DNA from: a virus
Taxonomy: Duplodnaviria; Caudoviricetes
IMG/VR virus record: IMGVR_UViG_3300033067_001968
Location: 1-27,768 of that record
Length of the DNA: 27,768 bases
Strand: one strand, 5' to 3'
Part shown: in pieces, positions 18,079-26,053 of the stretch
How positions within the stretch are numbered: the first letter of the stretch is position 1
Layout of the letters: every line of letters starts with the position of its first letter
The notes under the pieces: generated by a model
The model's database searches: none
Told to the model about the DNA's origin: nothing
What the model saw: the letters and a program-made list of their open reading frames with translations, nothing else
Program-made: the position numbers and the translations under genes

Positions 18079-18471
18079 GTGGCACTCGTCCTCAGCTGGC
18101 TCGACAAGCTCTTTGGCGCGACCGACGCGTGGGCGTCGCCGAAGGCCGAGAAGAACACCCTGGACGCCACGCCGCTCGTGCTCGCCGAATATCCCGAGCC
18201 CGCCGAGCAAAAAACCGAAATGTACCGCGTGCTTGTGCACGCCGAGAAGACGCCGATCAACGATGTGAACGGCTCTTGGCTTCTTACGCGCTCGATGGCG
18301 AACGTGAGCGGAACGTGCTCGTGGATCTACACGCTCGAGACGGTTGGCGGCACCTATTCCGGGCTCGTCGCCACCCTGGTCTACAACATCACCACCAAGA
18401 AGATCGAGGTCACCGTCACCGGGCTGGCCGCCACAACCATCAAGTGGCGCTGCGCGCGCCTGGAGTCGTGA
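18079..18471 (+). CDS. Hypothetical beta-rich protein (possible fibre-associated)
   Basis: 130 aa ORF with natural composition filling the gap; weak RBS. Confidence 0.6.
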   Translation: MALVLSWLDKLFGATDAWASPKAEKNTLDATPLVLAEYPEPAEQKTEMYRVLVHAEKTPINDVNGSWLLTRSMANVSGTCSWIYTLETVGGTYSGLVATLVYNITTKKIEVTVTGLAATTIKWRCARLES

Positions 18472-18475
18472 TCGG

Positions 18476-18796
18476 ATGGATACCGCGAAGCTCGTCGAAA
18501 CGATCGTGGGCCAGGGGTTGCTCGGGGTGCTCCTCGTGCTCGCCGTCATTGCGCTCTGGCGCAAAGACCAGGAGCTCGCGGCCGCGCGCAAAGAGGGCGC
18601 CGACGCGCTCGCCGCGATGCGCGACAAGAAGGACGACGAGCTCGCGAAGCTCCGCGAGGAGCTGGCCGAGGTGCACGAGCGCCGCGTCGACGACGCGAAG
18701 AGCCTCGGGGAGCGGGCGATCAACATCCAAGAGCGCACGACCACGGCCGTCGCGCAGCTCGCGAACGTGGTCGAGGCCGTAGGACGGAGGCCGTGA
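18476..18796 (+). CDS. Holin-like protein (one N-terminal TM plus coiled coil)
   Basis: GQGLLGVLLVLAVIALWRK hydrophobic helix followed by charged coiled coil; GGAG RBS. Confidence 0.55.
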   Translation: MDTAKLVETIVGQGLLGVLLVLAVIALWRKDQELAAARKEGADALAAMRDKKDDELAKLREELAEVHERRVDDAKSLGERAINIQERTTTAVAQLANVVEAVGRRP

Positions 18797-18984
18797 TGGG
18801 CGAGGACCGGACGAAGAGCGGTCAGCATCCCGCGGTGGTCGCGTACCGCAAGAAGCTCGACTCGCTCACCGAGCACCAGATCGCGGACTTCGACCGCGTG
18901 AACGACGAGCTGGGCAAGGCGGCCGAGCGGTGCCGCTCGTCGTGCCCGCCGGCCGACCACGCCCACGAGGAGGTCGTGCCGTGA
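18793..18984 (+). CDS. Hypothetical protein
   Basis: GGAGG RBS; coupled to both neighbours. Confidence 0.6.
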   Translation: MMGEDRTKSGQHPAVVAYRKKLDSLTEHQIADFDRVNDELGKAAERCRSSCPPADHAHEEVVP

Positions 18985-19364
18985 GCGCGTCGCGCACGAA
19001 CGGGGCCTCGTACCGCCCGATCGACTACGACCCCACGCGCCCGGGCGGCCCCGTCGACATGCGGGACATCCACTGGCTGCGCAACGGCATCGCCGACGAG
19101 TTCGAGCGGGTCCACGCCAAGCTCGACACCCTCGCCGAGGCGGGCGAGCGCACGCTCACGATCTCGGCGGCGACGTACGAGGCGGTCACCGGCAAGGGCG
19201 TCGAGAGCATCCCCGGGATCGGCGAGTTCGCGCGCCGCGAGCATCGTCGCCAGACGGCGATCCGCTGGGCGGCCGCCGCGATCGCCGTCGTCGTCCTCAG
19301 CATGGCGGGTGGGTTCCTCGGGGAGCGCCTCGCCGTCACCACCACCACCGCGGAGCACCGATGA
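18981..19364 (+). CDS. Hypothetical membrane protein (C-terminal TM helix)
   Basis: GAGGAGG RBS, GTGA coupling; WAAAAIAVVVLSMAGGFLG helix preceded by an Arg cluster. Confidence 0.65.
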   Translation: MSASRTNGASYRPIDYDPTRPGGPVDMRDIHWLRNGIADEFERVHAKLDTLAEAGERTLTISAATYEAVTGKGVESIPGIGEFARREHRRQTAIRWAAAAIAVVVLSMAGGFLGERLAVTTTTAEHR

Positions 19365-19597
19365 TCTCCTCCCTCCAGTCCCCCTTCCGTGGCCCGCCCG
19401 GGCCGCTCCTCGTCGCCGTCCTCGGCTTCGTGGTGCTCACCGACGGCTGCGCACCTCCGAGCACGGCCGCCCCGGCGGCCTACGGCGCCGAGCTCGAGGT
19501 GTGCCGCCGGTCGGCGTCGACGTGCGAGGGCTACCTCGCGTGCCGTCACCGCGTCCAAGACAAGTACGCGCGCCCGCGCACGGGATGGTGCCAGTGA
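19361..19597 (+). CDS. Small Cys-rich putative lipoprotein (possible spanin component)
   Basis: Hydrophobic LLVAVLGFVVL followed by TDGC (atypical lipobox) and four more Cys; ATGA coupling. Confidence 0.5.
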   Translation: MISSLQSPFRGPPGPLLVAVLGFVVLTDGCAPPSTAAPAAYGAELEVCRRSASTCEGYLACRHRVQDKYARPRTGWCQ

Positions 19598-19782
19598 GCG
19601 CCGCGGGGGACGTGGCGCGCACGGTGACGACCGTGCTCGTCGAGGCGGGTCTTGCCGCCGCCAAGGCTGTGCACGAGGGCTCCTCGGCGCGCGATGCGCT
19701 CTTCGCCGCGCAAGAGGTCATCGCGAACGAACTGGCGCGCGAGAAGTTTTCGACGTTCCGCGACGACAAGCCGGAGGGCTGA
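19594..19782 (+). CDS. Hypothetical protein, 62 aa
   Basis: GTGA coupling; fills the gap to the next gene. Confidence 0.55.
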   Translation: MSAAGDVARTVTTVLVEAGLAAAKAVHEGSSARDALFAAQEVIANELAREKFSTFRDDKPEG

Positions 19783-19785
19783 CCG

Positions 19786-20118
19786 ATGTCGGCTGCGCTC
19801 TGCTTCAAGCGTGGCTCGACGTGGCGGATGACCGGCACGCTCCGGGATTCCGCGGGCGCCCTCTTGGACCTGACCGGCTGGGGTGTCGCGAGCAAGCTCC
19901 GTGACCCGTCGGGCGCCGAGATCGCGTCGTTCACCTGCAGCGTGCACCCTGACCAGGTTGGTCACCGAGGGGAGCTCGAGGTCTACGCGGCGGCGGCCGT
20001 CACCGCGCTCTGGCCTGCCGGTGGCGCGGTTTGGGATGTCGCGCTCACCGACCCGGGCGGAGACACCGACATCACCCGAACCGTCCAGGTTCGCATCGAG
20101 GAGGCGGTCACCCGGTGA
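19786..20118 (+). CDS. Ig-like virion adaptor protein (BppU N-terminal-like)
   Basis: FKRGSTW...DLTGW...LRD...WDV...V.IEEAVTR pattern; GGAGG RBS. Confidence 0.6.
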   Translation: MSAALCFKRGSTWRMTGTLRDSAGALLDLTGWGVASKLRDPSGAEIASFTCSVHPDQVGHRGELEVYAAAAVTALWPAGGAVWDVALTDPGGDTDITRTVQVRIEEAVTR

Positions 20119-20612
20119 GCTCCCTTGCCTTCGTCCCGTCCGTTCGTCACCTGCTGGAGATCTCGCTCGACGGCGGGCCGAGCGTCGCCTTTGGCGAGGG
20201 CGGGGGCGTCGTGCTCGAGCTCGGCCGGCGCGGTCCTCAGGGGCCGCCTGGGCTAGCAGGCGGAGCGTCGATCGCGCGTCAAGCCTCCACGGCGCTCTCG
20301 GGGCATCGTGCCGTGCGGGAGAGGGCAGACGGCGCCGTCGAGTACGCCGACCCGGCAGCCCCATCGGGCCTTTCGACCGTTCTCGGCATCACATCGGGCG
20401 CGGCGGTATCAGGCGCGAGCGCCACGATCGTGACGACCGGCGATCTCGTGGAGCCAACGTGGTCCTGGACGCCGGGTGGACTCATCTATCTCGGGTCCGC
20501 TGGCGCGCTCACGCAGTCCGCTCCCGTGTCTGGCTCGCTCATGGTTCTCGGGGTGGCGACGAGCGCGACGTCGATGCTCGTGCGCATCGCCGCCCCCATT
20601 CAACTCGCGTGA
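20115..20612 (+). CDS. Virion accessory protein with short collagen motif and cement-like C-terminal domain
   Basis: GPQGPPG; ALSGHRAV...LGIT...WTPGGLIYLG..GALTQSAP...LGVATSAT. Confidence 0.65.
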   Translation: MSSLAFVPSVRHLLEISLDGGPSVAFGEGGGVVLELGRRGPQGPPGLAGGASIARQASTALSGHRAVRERADGAVEYADPAAPSGLSTVLGITSGAAVSGASATIVTTGDLVEPTWSWTPGGLIYLGSAGALTQSAPVSGSLMVLGVATSATSMLVRIAAPIQLA

Positions 20613-20627
20613 AATAGGAGACGAAAA

Positions 20628-21290
20628 ATGCCGAAGTTTCTCAAGCAGGTTTCCGGTGTTCTCACCGAGGAGTCGACGATCGCGACGAGCGCGGGTGCTG
20701 GCGATGCGGCGAAGGTTCCTCAGCTCAACGGCTCCGGCGTGCTCGACCTCACGATCACGAACGGCAAAAACACCTCGGCGGGCGCAGGCGACGCGGGCAA
20801 GCTCGCGGCGCTGAACGCGGCCGGCATCCTCGACGACACGATCACGAACGCGTCGGCCACGTCCGCCGCGAACAAGCTCGTCAAAATGGACGGCACCGGT
20901 CGAATCGCCGTCGGCGTGCTCCCGACCGGCGTCGGGCCCGACACGAAGGACATTCAGGCGAGCGAGAACCTCGCGGCCGGCGACTTCGTCAACGTGCACA
21001 ACTCGGGCGGCGCGCGCGTGCGGAAAGCCGATGCCGCGACGAACAAGCCGGCGCAAGGCTTCGTGCTCGCCGCGGTCACCTCGGGCAACACGGCAACGGT
21101 CTACTTCGAGGGAACGAACAGTCAGGTTAGCGGCAAAACACCTGGGGCTGCGCAGTTCCTCAGCGCGACCCCGGGCACGTCGACCGAAACTGCCCCTTCG
21201 ACGGCAACACACATCGTCCAAAATCTCGGCGTCGCGGTCTCGGCCACCGAGATCAATTTCGAGCCGCAGCAACCGATCACGCTGGCCTGA
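20628..21290 (+). CDS. Virion accessory protein with 29-aa repeats and cement-like C-terminal domain
   Basis: AGGAG RBS; TSAGAGDA.K...LN..G.LD.TITN repeats; C-terminal domain resembles the preceding gene. Confidence 0.7.
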   Translation: MPKFLKQVSGVLTEESTIATSAGAGDAAKVPQLNGSGVLDLTITNGKNTSAGAGDAGKLAALNAAGILDDTITNASATSAANKLVKMDGTGRIAVGVLPTGVGPDTKDIQASENLAAGDFVNVHNSGGARVRKADAATNKPAQGFVLAAVTSGNTATVYFEGTNSQVSGKTPGAAQFLSATPGTSTETAPSTATHIVQNLGVAVSATEINFEPQQPITLA

Positions 21291-21302
21291 GGAGGTCGCA
21301 CC

Positions 21303-21719
21303 ATGGCCGACAACCTCGCCTATACCCCAGGCTCAGGGGCAACCGTAGCGTCCGACGAAGTCGGGGGCGTGCACTACCAGCGCGTAAAGGTGGTGACCGG
21401 CTCCGACGGCGTCGTGGACGGGGACGTCGGCGCGTCCAACCCGCTTCCCGTCATGGGCTCCGGCGAGCTCGTCGAGTCGCTCGAGGCAATCCGGACCGCG
21501 CTGAACGTCCTCGTGCGCAACACCGGGAATGCCTACCCCGACGTCTCTGGCCGCCTGCGTGTCGCCGTCGAGGCGATCTCGGCGACGCTCGCGAACGTCA
21601 CGACCGTGGCGACAGTCTCGAACCAAACCAACGTCGGCGGGTACTCGGCCGCGCCGCAGATCCAAGCTCTCACGATGATCGGCGCCTCGGGGCTCCGAAG
21701 AAATGTGTCGGTGACCTGA
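21303..21719 (+). CDS. Hypothetical virion protein
   Basis: GAGGAGG RBS; HYQRVK...V.ASNPLPV motif seen in phage structural proteins. Confidence 0.65.
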   Translation: MADNLAYTPGSGATVASDEVGGVHYQRVKVVTGSDGVVDGDVGASNPLPVMGSGELVESLEAIRTALNVLVRNTGNAYPDVSGRLRVAVEAISATLANVTTVATVSNQTNVGGYSAAPQIQALTMIGASGLRRNVSVT

Positions 21720-21720
21720 G

Positions 21721-23157
21721 ATGGCAACCACGAACGGCAATCGAAAGATCCTCGACCTCAAGCGCTGGGAGATGTGCACGCCTGCGCCGAGCGCGACGGC
21801 CGCCGCGCATTTCATCGTGTCGTCGAGGTGCTACCGACAGCAGCAACTCCTCGTGCAGTCGAACACGGTCGCCTATCTCTACCACCCGGGCGAGGATGGG
21901 TTCGTGCAGGTTCCGAGCCCAGCCCTCGCGGGCACCTTCGGCGCCGGCGCGACGGGCGTCGGCGGGGCCATGTCGACGGGCTCGACGGTTGGAGCCCAAT
22001 CGCTCACCGCGACGGCGGGTACGACGACCACGATCACGACGAACCAGACGCTCGCGCGCGACCTTCGAGGCTACTCGGTCCAGATCCTCGCAGGCCCGAA
22101 TGCCGGCGAGACCAAGACGATCGCGAGCAACACGATCGGCGCGAACGCCGTGATCACGTTCACTGCGGCATCGGGCGTCGCGTTCTCCGCGTCGACGGTC
22201 TACCGCATCATCGCGCCGCGGTTCTACGTGCTCGGCGCTGGAACGCTCGCCGCCGGCTCGTTCAAGGTCTACGACTTCCCGACCAACACGTGGCAGACCC
22301 TCACGATCACGGGCCTCCCGGCCACCATCGGGACGGACGCAAAGCTCGTATCCACGCCATCGCGGATCGACTCAGCCTACAAGCAGTTCGCGACGGGCAC
22401 GGCGACCGCGGGTGGCGCTAGCACCCTCACGAACGGCGCAAAGTCGTGGGCCACGAACCAGTGGGCGAACTCGCAGATCCGCATCACTGGCGGTACGGGC
22501 GCCGGCCAGATCCGCACGATCGCGAGCAACACGGGAACCGTGATCACCGTGTCGTCGGCATGGACCACTCAGCCGGACGCAACGTCTACCTACTCGATCG
22601 AGGGAAACGACGACTTCCTGTATCTCGTCGGAAACAACGCGGTCACGATGTACCGCTACTCGATCTCGGCCAACACGTGGACGACGCTCTCCCCTGGCGT
22701 TGCGCGTGGCGGTGCGCCCGGCGCGGGGCTCTCCGCGCACTGGGTACACTCGGCGCCCGAGAGCGATTGGACGGCCGAGAACACGATCCAAAACGGTCGG
22801 TACATCTACTCGTTTCGTGGGGCCGCCGGTGCGCTGCTCGACCGGTACGACATCGCAGCCAACTCGTGGGCCGCGGTCACCTACGGACCCGCCACCGATA
22901 CCTTCACGACGGGCACCAAATACGTCATCGCGGATGGTGCGCTCTACATACAAAAAGACGCGACAGGCCGCTGGTTCCGCTACAATTTCGCGACGAGCGA
23001 AATGGACGGGTGGGGTGCCATGCTCTACCCCAACGGCGCCGCGATCGTCGGAGACACGGCGTTCGACGCGTCGTTCGTCGACGGAGCGACGACGATCCGA
23101 TTCGTGTACATGATCTTGAACACGAGCGCCGTCATGCTCCGCCAAATGGTGATTTGA
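21721..23157 (+). CDS. Kelch-like beta-propeller protein with two inserted beta domains (putative receptor-binding)
   Basis: Blade-end motifs YDFPTNTW, YSISANTW, YDIAANSW, YNFATSEM; duplicated TATAG...TIASNT...Y.I insert; Thr/Ala/Gly rich. Confidence 0.65.
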   Translation: MATTNGNRKILDLKRWEMCTPAPSATAAAHFIVSSRCYRQQQLLVQSNTVAYLYHPGEDGFVQVPSPALAGTFGAGATGVGGAMSTGSTVGAQSLTATAGTTTTITTNQTLARDLRGYSVQILAGPNAGETKTIASNTIGANAVITFTAASGVAFSASTVYRIIAPRFYVLGAGTLAAGSFKVYDFPTNTWQTLTITGLPATIGTDAKLVSTPSRIDSAYKQFATGTATAGGASTLTNGAKSWATNQWANSQIRITGGTGAGQIRTIASNTGTVITVSSAWTTQPDATSTYSIEGNDDFLYLVGNNAVTMYRYSISANTWTTLSPGVARGGAPGAGLSAHWVHSAPESDWTAENTIQNGRYIYSFRGAAGALLDRYDIAANSWAAVTYGPATDTFTTGTKYVIADGALYIQKDATGRWFRYNFATSEMDGWGAMLYPNGAAIVGDTAFDASFVDGATTIRFVYMILNTSAVMLRQMVI

Positions 23158-23182
23158 CGCCCACTGGCGGAGGGCCGCGCAC

Positions 23183-24079
23183 ATGTTCCTGACGCTGCTC
23201 GGCGCGTCCCTCGCGTCGCCACTCAACCTCGCCTGGACCGGATTCTGGCGCGCCAACTTCACGGGTAGCCCGTGGCCAGGTGTAGCGTCGGCCGGTTCGA
23301 GCGCAGGTCGAGACCTCTCCGAGGCGGTCACTCCGCCTGTCGGTGGGGCCACGCAAAACGGGTACACCCCGGCGGACTTCGGCGGCGTTGCGAGTCTTCT
23401 TCGCACGGCAGACCCCGCCGAAGGAACGTACCTCGGCGCGACCACGTGCACGATTCACGCGGTCGTTGAAGTTCGGAGCGCCCCCGCAGCCGGCACCTAC
23501 GTCTTTGACGACCCTTGCATCATCGTGACCGAGTCGAGCGCGACGATCGCGCTCGGCGTGTCGTCCTCGGGGGTCTCGTTCGGGGTCTACACGAGCGGCG
23601 GTCCCGTCCAGACGGCCTACGTCGCGCTTTCTCCGGGATACCATCGGATCCAGGCTCGGCTCGACGGTACAAACGCGAGCGTGCGTGTCGATGGCGGTGC
23701 GTGGACGAGCGTGGCCGCAACGGACATCGCCGCGGACCCCACAAACGTGCTGCTCGTCGGCGCGGACTACACGGGCGCGGCCCAGGCGCTCGACGCGAAG
23801 GTGTTGGAGCTCGGCGTCTCGGACCAGTCGTTCTCGGACACCGAGCTTAACGCGGTCGATCTGGCTGCGGTAGTGCGGTACGGCCTCGCGTCGAAACGGT
23901 GCCTCGTGCTGCTCGACGGGGCACTCCGGGAGCTCCCGACGTCGGCGCCGTACGGCCTGCGCGTGATCCTCTCCGGGGGCGCGCTCGTGACTTCGGTGGC
24001 AGGGGGCAAGAGTCTCGTTGTGGAATCGGGAGCACTGCGGGAGGCGACCGCGGGCGAGGTTGTGCTCGTGCCGCCGTGA
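23183..24079 (+). CDS. Concanavalin A/LamG-like lectin-fold protein
   Basis: GGAGG RBS; NGYTPADF, TIHAVV, HRIQARLDG...VRVDG, LLVGA, ELGV...VRYGL pattern. Confidence 0.6.
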   Translation: MFLTLLGASLASPLNLAWTGFWRANFTGSPWPGVASAGSSAGRDLSEAVTPPVGGATQNGYTPADFGGVASLLRTADPAEGTYLGATTCTIHAVVEVRSAPAAGTYVFDDPCIIVTESSATIALGVSSSGVSFGVYTSGGPVQTAYVALSPGYHRIQARLDGTNASVRVDGGAWTSVAATDIAADPTNVLLVGADYTGAAQALDAKVLELGVSDQSFSDTELNAVDLAAVVRYGLASKRCLVLLDGALRELPTSAPYGLRVILSGGALVTSVAGGKSLVVESGALREATAGEVVLVPP

Positions 24080-24096
24080 ACAGGAGAGAGAGAGCC

Positions 24097-24900
24097 ATGG
24101 AAAGAATTTACGTCGTCGACGCCTCGGCCGTCCAAATCCAACCCGACTGGAAGAAGGTGGTTTCTCACGACCCCGGGGCCGCGTTTGGCGTGCCGCCCGG
24201 GCGCATCCGCGGGTGCATCGCGAAGGCCTCGGAGGGACCGCGCGGCATCGACCCCGAGACGCGGCTCCATCTCGACGGGGCGCGCGAGCAAGGGCTCGCG
24301 GTCGGCATCTACCACTTCGCCCGGGCTGGCCGAGGTCCCGCGCGCGAGCAGGCCGACCACGTCGTGGGGCTCGGGCTCGGCGTCGGTGACGACCCGGGCG
24401 AAATGCCGGTCTGGCTGGACTGCGAAGAGCAGGGCATCTCGGACCGGCTCGGGGGCGATTCGGCCTATGTCGACTGGATCCTGGCGTGGTGCGAGCGCGT
24501 GCAAGAGCAGGGGCACCGCGCGGGCATCTACTCGGCGCAGGTCTACCTGCCCGAATGGAAGGACGGCGGGCGCGTCCGCGAGCTCGCGAGGTACCCGCTC
24601 TGGGTGGCGCAGTACTCGAGGACCGGCGCGTGGGCCCCGCGCCCCGGGCAAGGCCCAAAGTCCCTCTTTCCGTGGCAGTCCTGGGCGCTCTGGCAGTTTT
24701 CGGGCGGTGGGCCTGGGCTGCCCGGCAACACGGTGCCCGGGTTTGGCGAGGGCAACTTCGTCGACCTGAACCTCGTGGCCGACGATGCCGCGTGGCGCCT
24801 CCTGCTCGGGACCGAGCCCGTCGAGCCCAACGAGGAGCCCGGGCCGATCGTGCGCCCAAAGGTTCCCCTCGGGCGCCCGGCGCTGGACGGTGACGCATGA
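24097..24900 (+). CDS. Endolysin, glycoside hydrolase family 25 muramidase
   Basis: VDAS..Q, IAKASEG, GIYHFAR, catalytic WLDCEE (DxE), GIYS, LWVAQY, LWQFS, VDLN; AGGAG RBS. Confidence 0.92.
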   Translation: MERIYVVDASAVQIQPDWKKVVSHDPGAAFGVPPGRIRGCIAKASEGPRGIDPETRLHLDGAREQGLAVGIYHFARAGRGPAREQADHVVGLGLGVGDDPGEMPVWLDCEEQGISDRLGGDSAYVDWILAWCERVQEQGHRAGIYSAQVYLPEWKDGGRVRELARYPLWVAQYSRTGAWAPRPGQGPKSLFPWQSWALWQFSGGGPGLPGNTVPGFGEGNFVDLNLVADDAAWRLLLGTEPVEPNEEPGPIVRPKVPLGRPALDGDA

Positions 24901-25193
24901 GCGCCGAGCCCCTCACGTTCGAGCTCGCGCTCCAGATCCTGCGGGAGGACAACCCGCGGGCGGGGGAGGACGTCCTCCGCATCTACACCGCGGCGCTGCG
25001 CGACTTCGCGGCGGCTGAGGAGAACATCGCGAAGCACGGCACGATCGTCTTTCACCCGCGGACGGGGGCGCCCATCGAAAACCCCTTCTTGCGCGTTCGC
25101 GCGGGCGCTCAAACGTCGATCCTGCGCTGCAAGCTCCGGCGTACCGATCGGGTCTGGGGGCGCCCCTGGGTCACTTCGGAGCCCAACGCCTGA
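24897..25193 (+). CDS. P27-family terminase small subunit-like protein
   Basis: AEENIAKHGTIV.....G.PIENPFL.V...A signature; ATGA-coupled to the endolysin. Confidence 0.65.
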   Translation: MSAEPLTFELALQILREDNPRAGEDVLRIYTAALRDFAAAEENIAKHGTIVFHPRTGAPIENPFLRVRAGAQTSILRCKLRRTDRVWGRPWVTSEPNA

Positions 25194-25806
25194 GGCCGGC
25201 GAACATGTCGAGCGTCTTCGCGTCGAAGGCCGCGCTCACCTTGCTTGCGCGGTAGGCGTCGGCGGCGCTCGCCGTGTCGGGGAGCTCTTCCAGGTCCGCT
25301 TCGATCTCTCGGATGAGGTCGAAGTCGGGGCCGCCTTCCGTCACGTCGAGCTGCTCAAACCGAGGGTTGTGGTTCAGGTTCATCGAGCCGCGCAGGAGCA
25401 CGCGGAGCCCGTTCGCCTCGACGGTGGCGATCTTCGAGTGGTTGAGCACGTACCGCACCGAGCGCGCGCCGAAGCGCGCTTTCCAGGCGGCGATCAGCTC
25501 GGAGTTTTTTGCGCGGGCGCCCTCGTCGATGACCAGCAGTCCCGCGGCGATGCGCCCGTCGTCGGCAAGCTGCCGGAACACGTCGATTTCGTAGCTCGCG
25601 ATCGTCCACGTCCAGATCGAAAGCACGGCGCCCGAGCCCACGGCATCGAGGACGTGAAGAATGGCGTCGATCATCGAGAACTGACCGCGGGTCACGGCGA
25701 AGAGCGCCATGTCTGCGTGGACAGGTCCGATCGTCTCTGCCGCCGACTTGAAGGATTCGACGGCGCGCTTTCGACGCGCGCTCGGTGCTGCGGAGCCTCC
25801 GCTCAT
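25171..25806 (-). CDS. Single-domain phospholipase D-family protein (probable nuclease)
   Basis: NHSKIATVE-x9-GSMNL...RFE: HKD-variant motif; GAGG RBS. Confidence 0.75.
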   Translation of the reverse strand: MSGGSAAPSARRKRAVESFKSAAETIGPVHADMALFAVTRGQFSMIDAILHVLDAVGSGAVLSIWTWTIASYEIDVFRQLADDGRIAAGLLVIDEGARAKNSELIAAWKARFGARSVRYVLNHSKIATVEANGLRVLLRGSMNLNHNPRFEQLDVTEGGPDFDLIREIEADLEELPDTASAADAYRASKVSAAFDAKTLDMFAGLRRWAPK

Positions 25807-25844
25807 GGTCTGCCTCGGTGGGGTGAATGGGGAAGGGGAATGGG

Positions 25845-25866
25845 AAGGGGGCCCGAAGGCCCCCCC
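25845..25866 (-). terminator. C(UUCG)G tetraloop hairpin after the 59-aa ORF
   Basis: Minus strand GGGGGGGCC-TTCG-GGCCCCCTT, followed by a C/T-rich tract rather than oligo-U. Confidence 0.7.
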
Positions 25867-25873
25867 GGCTCGC

Positions 25874-26053
25874 TCAGTCGATGCGCCATCCAGCCCGGGC
25901 CGCGGCGGTCTCGTACTCCGCCTGGAGCTCCTTCGCGATGCGGTCGCCGACCGGCCGGAAATCCTCGCTCATGTAGCGGTGGTAACGGGCCTGGGCCTGG
26001 TGAGCGACGATCTCGTTCAGGGACATTTCGGCGTAGTTGGGCGTGGTTTCCAT
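25874..26053 (-). CDS. Small hypothetical protein, 59 aa (METTPNY...), driven by repeat copy 1
   Basis: AGAAAGAGG RBS and ATG lie inside the repeat; followed by a hairpin. Confidence 0.75.
   Translation of the reverse strand: METTPNYAEMSLNEIVAHQAQARYHRYMSEDFRPVGDRIAKELQAEYETAAARAGWRID

Noticed and set aside
728-24982. Many long antisense or off-frame ORFs (e.g. 728-2590, 7354-9702, 10799-12715, 23132-24982 on the - strand)
   Set aside because: Arg/Pro/Ala-rich shadows of real + strand genes, expected at ~70% GC; no RBS or recognisable motifs.
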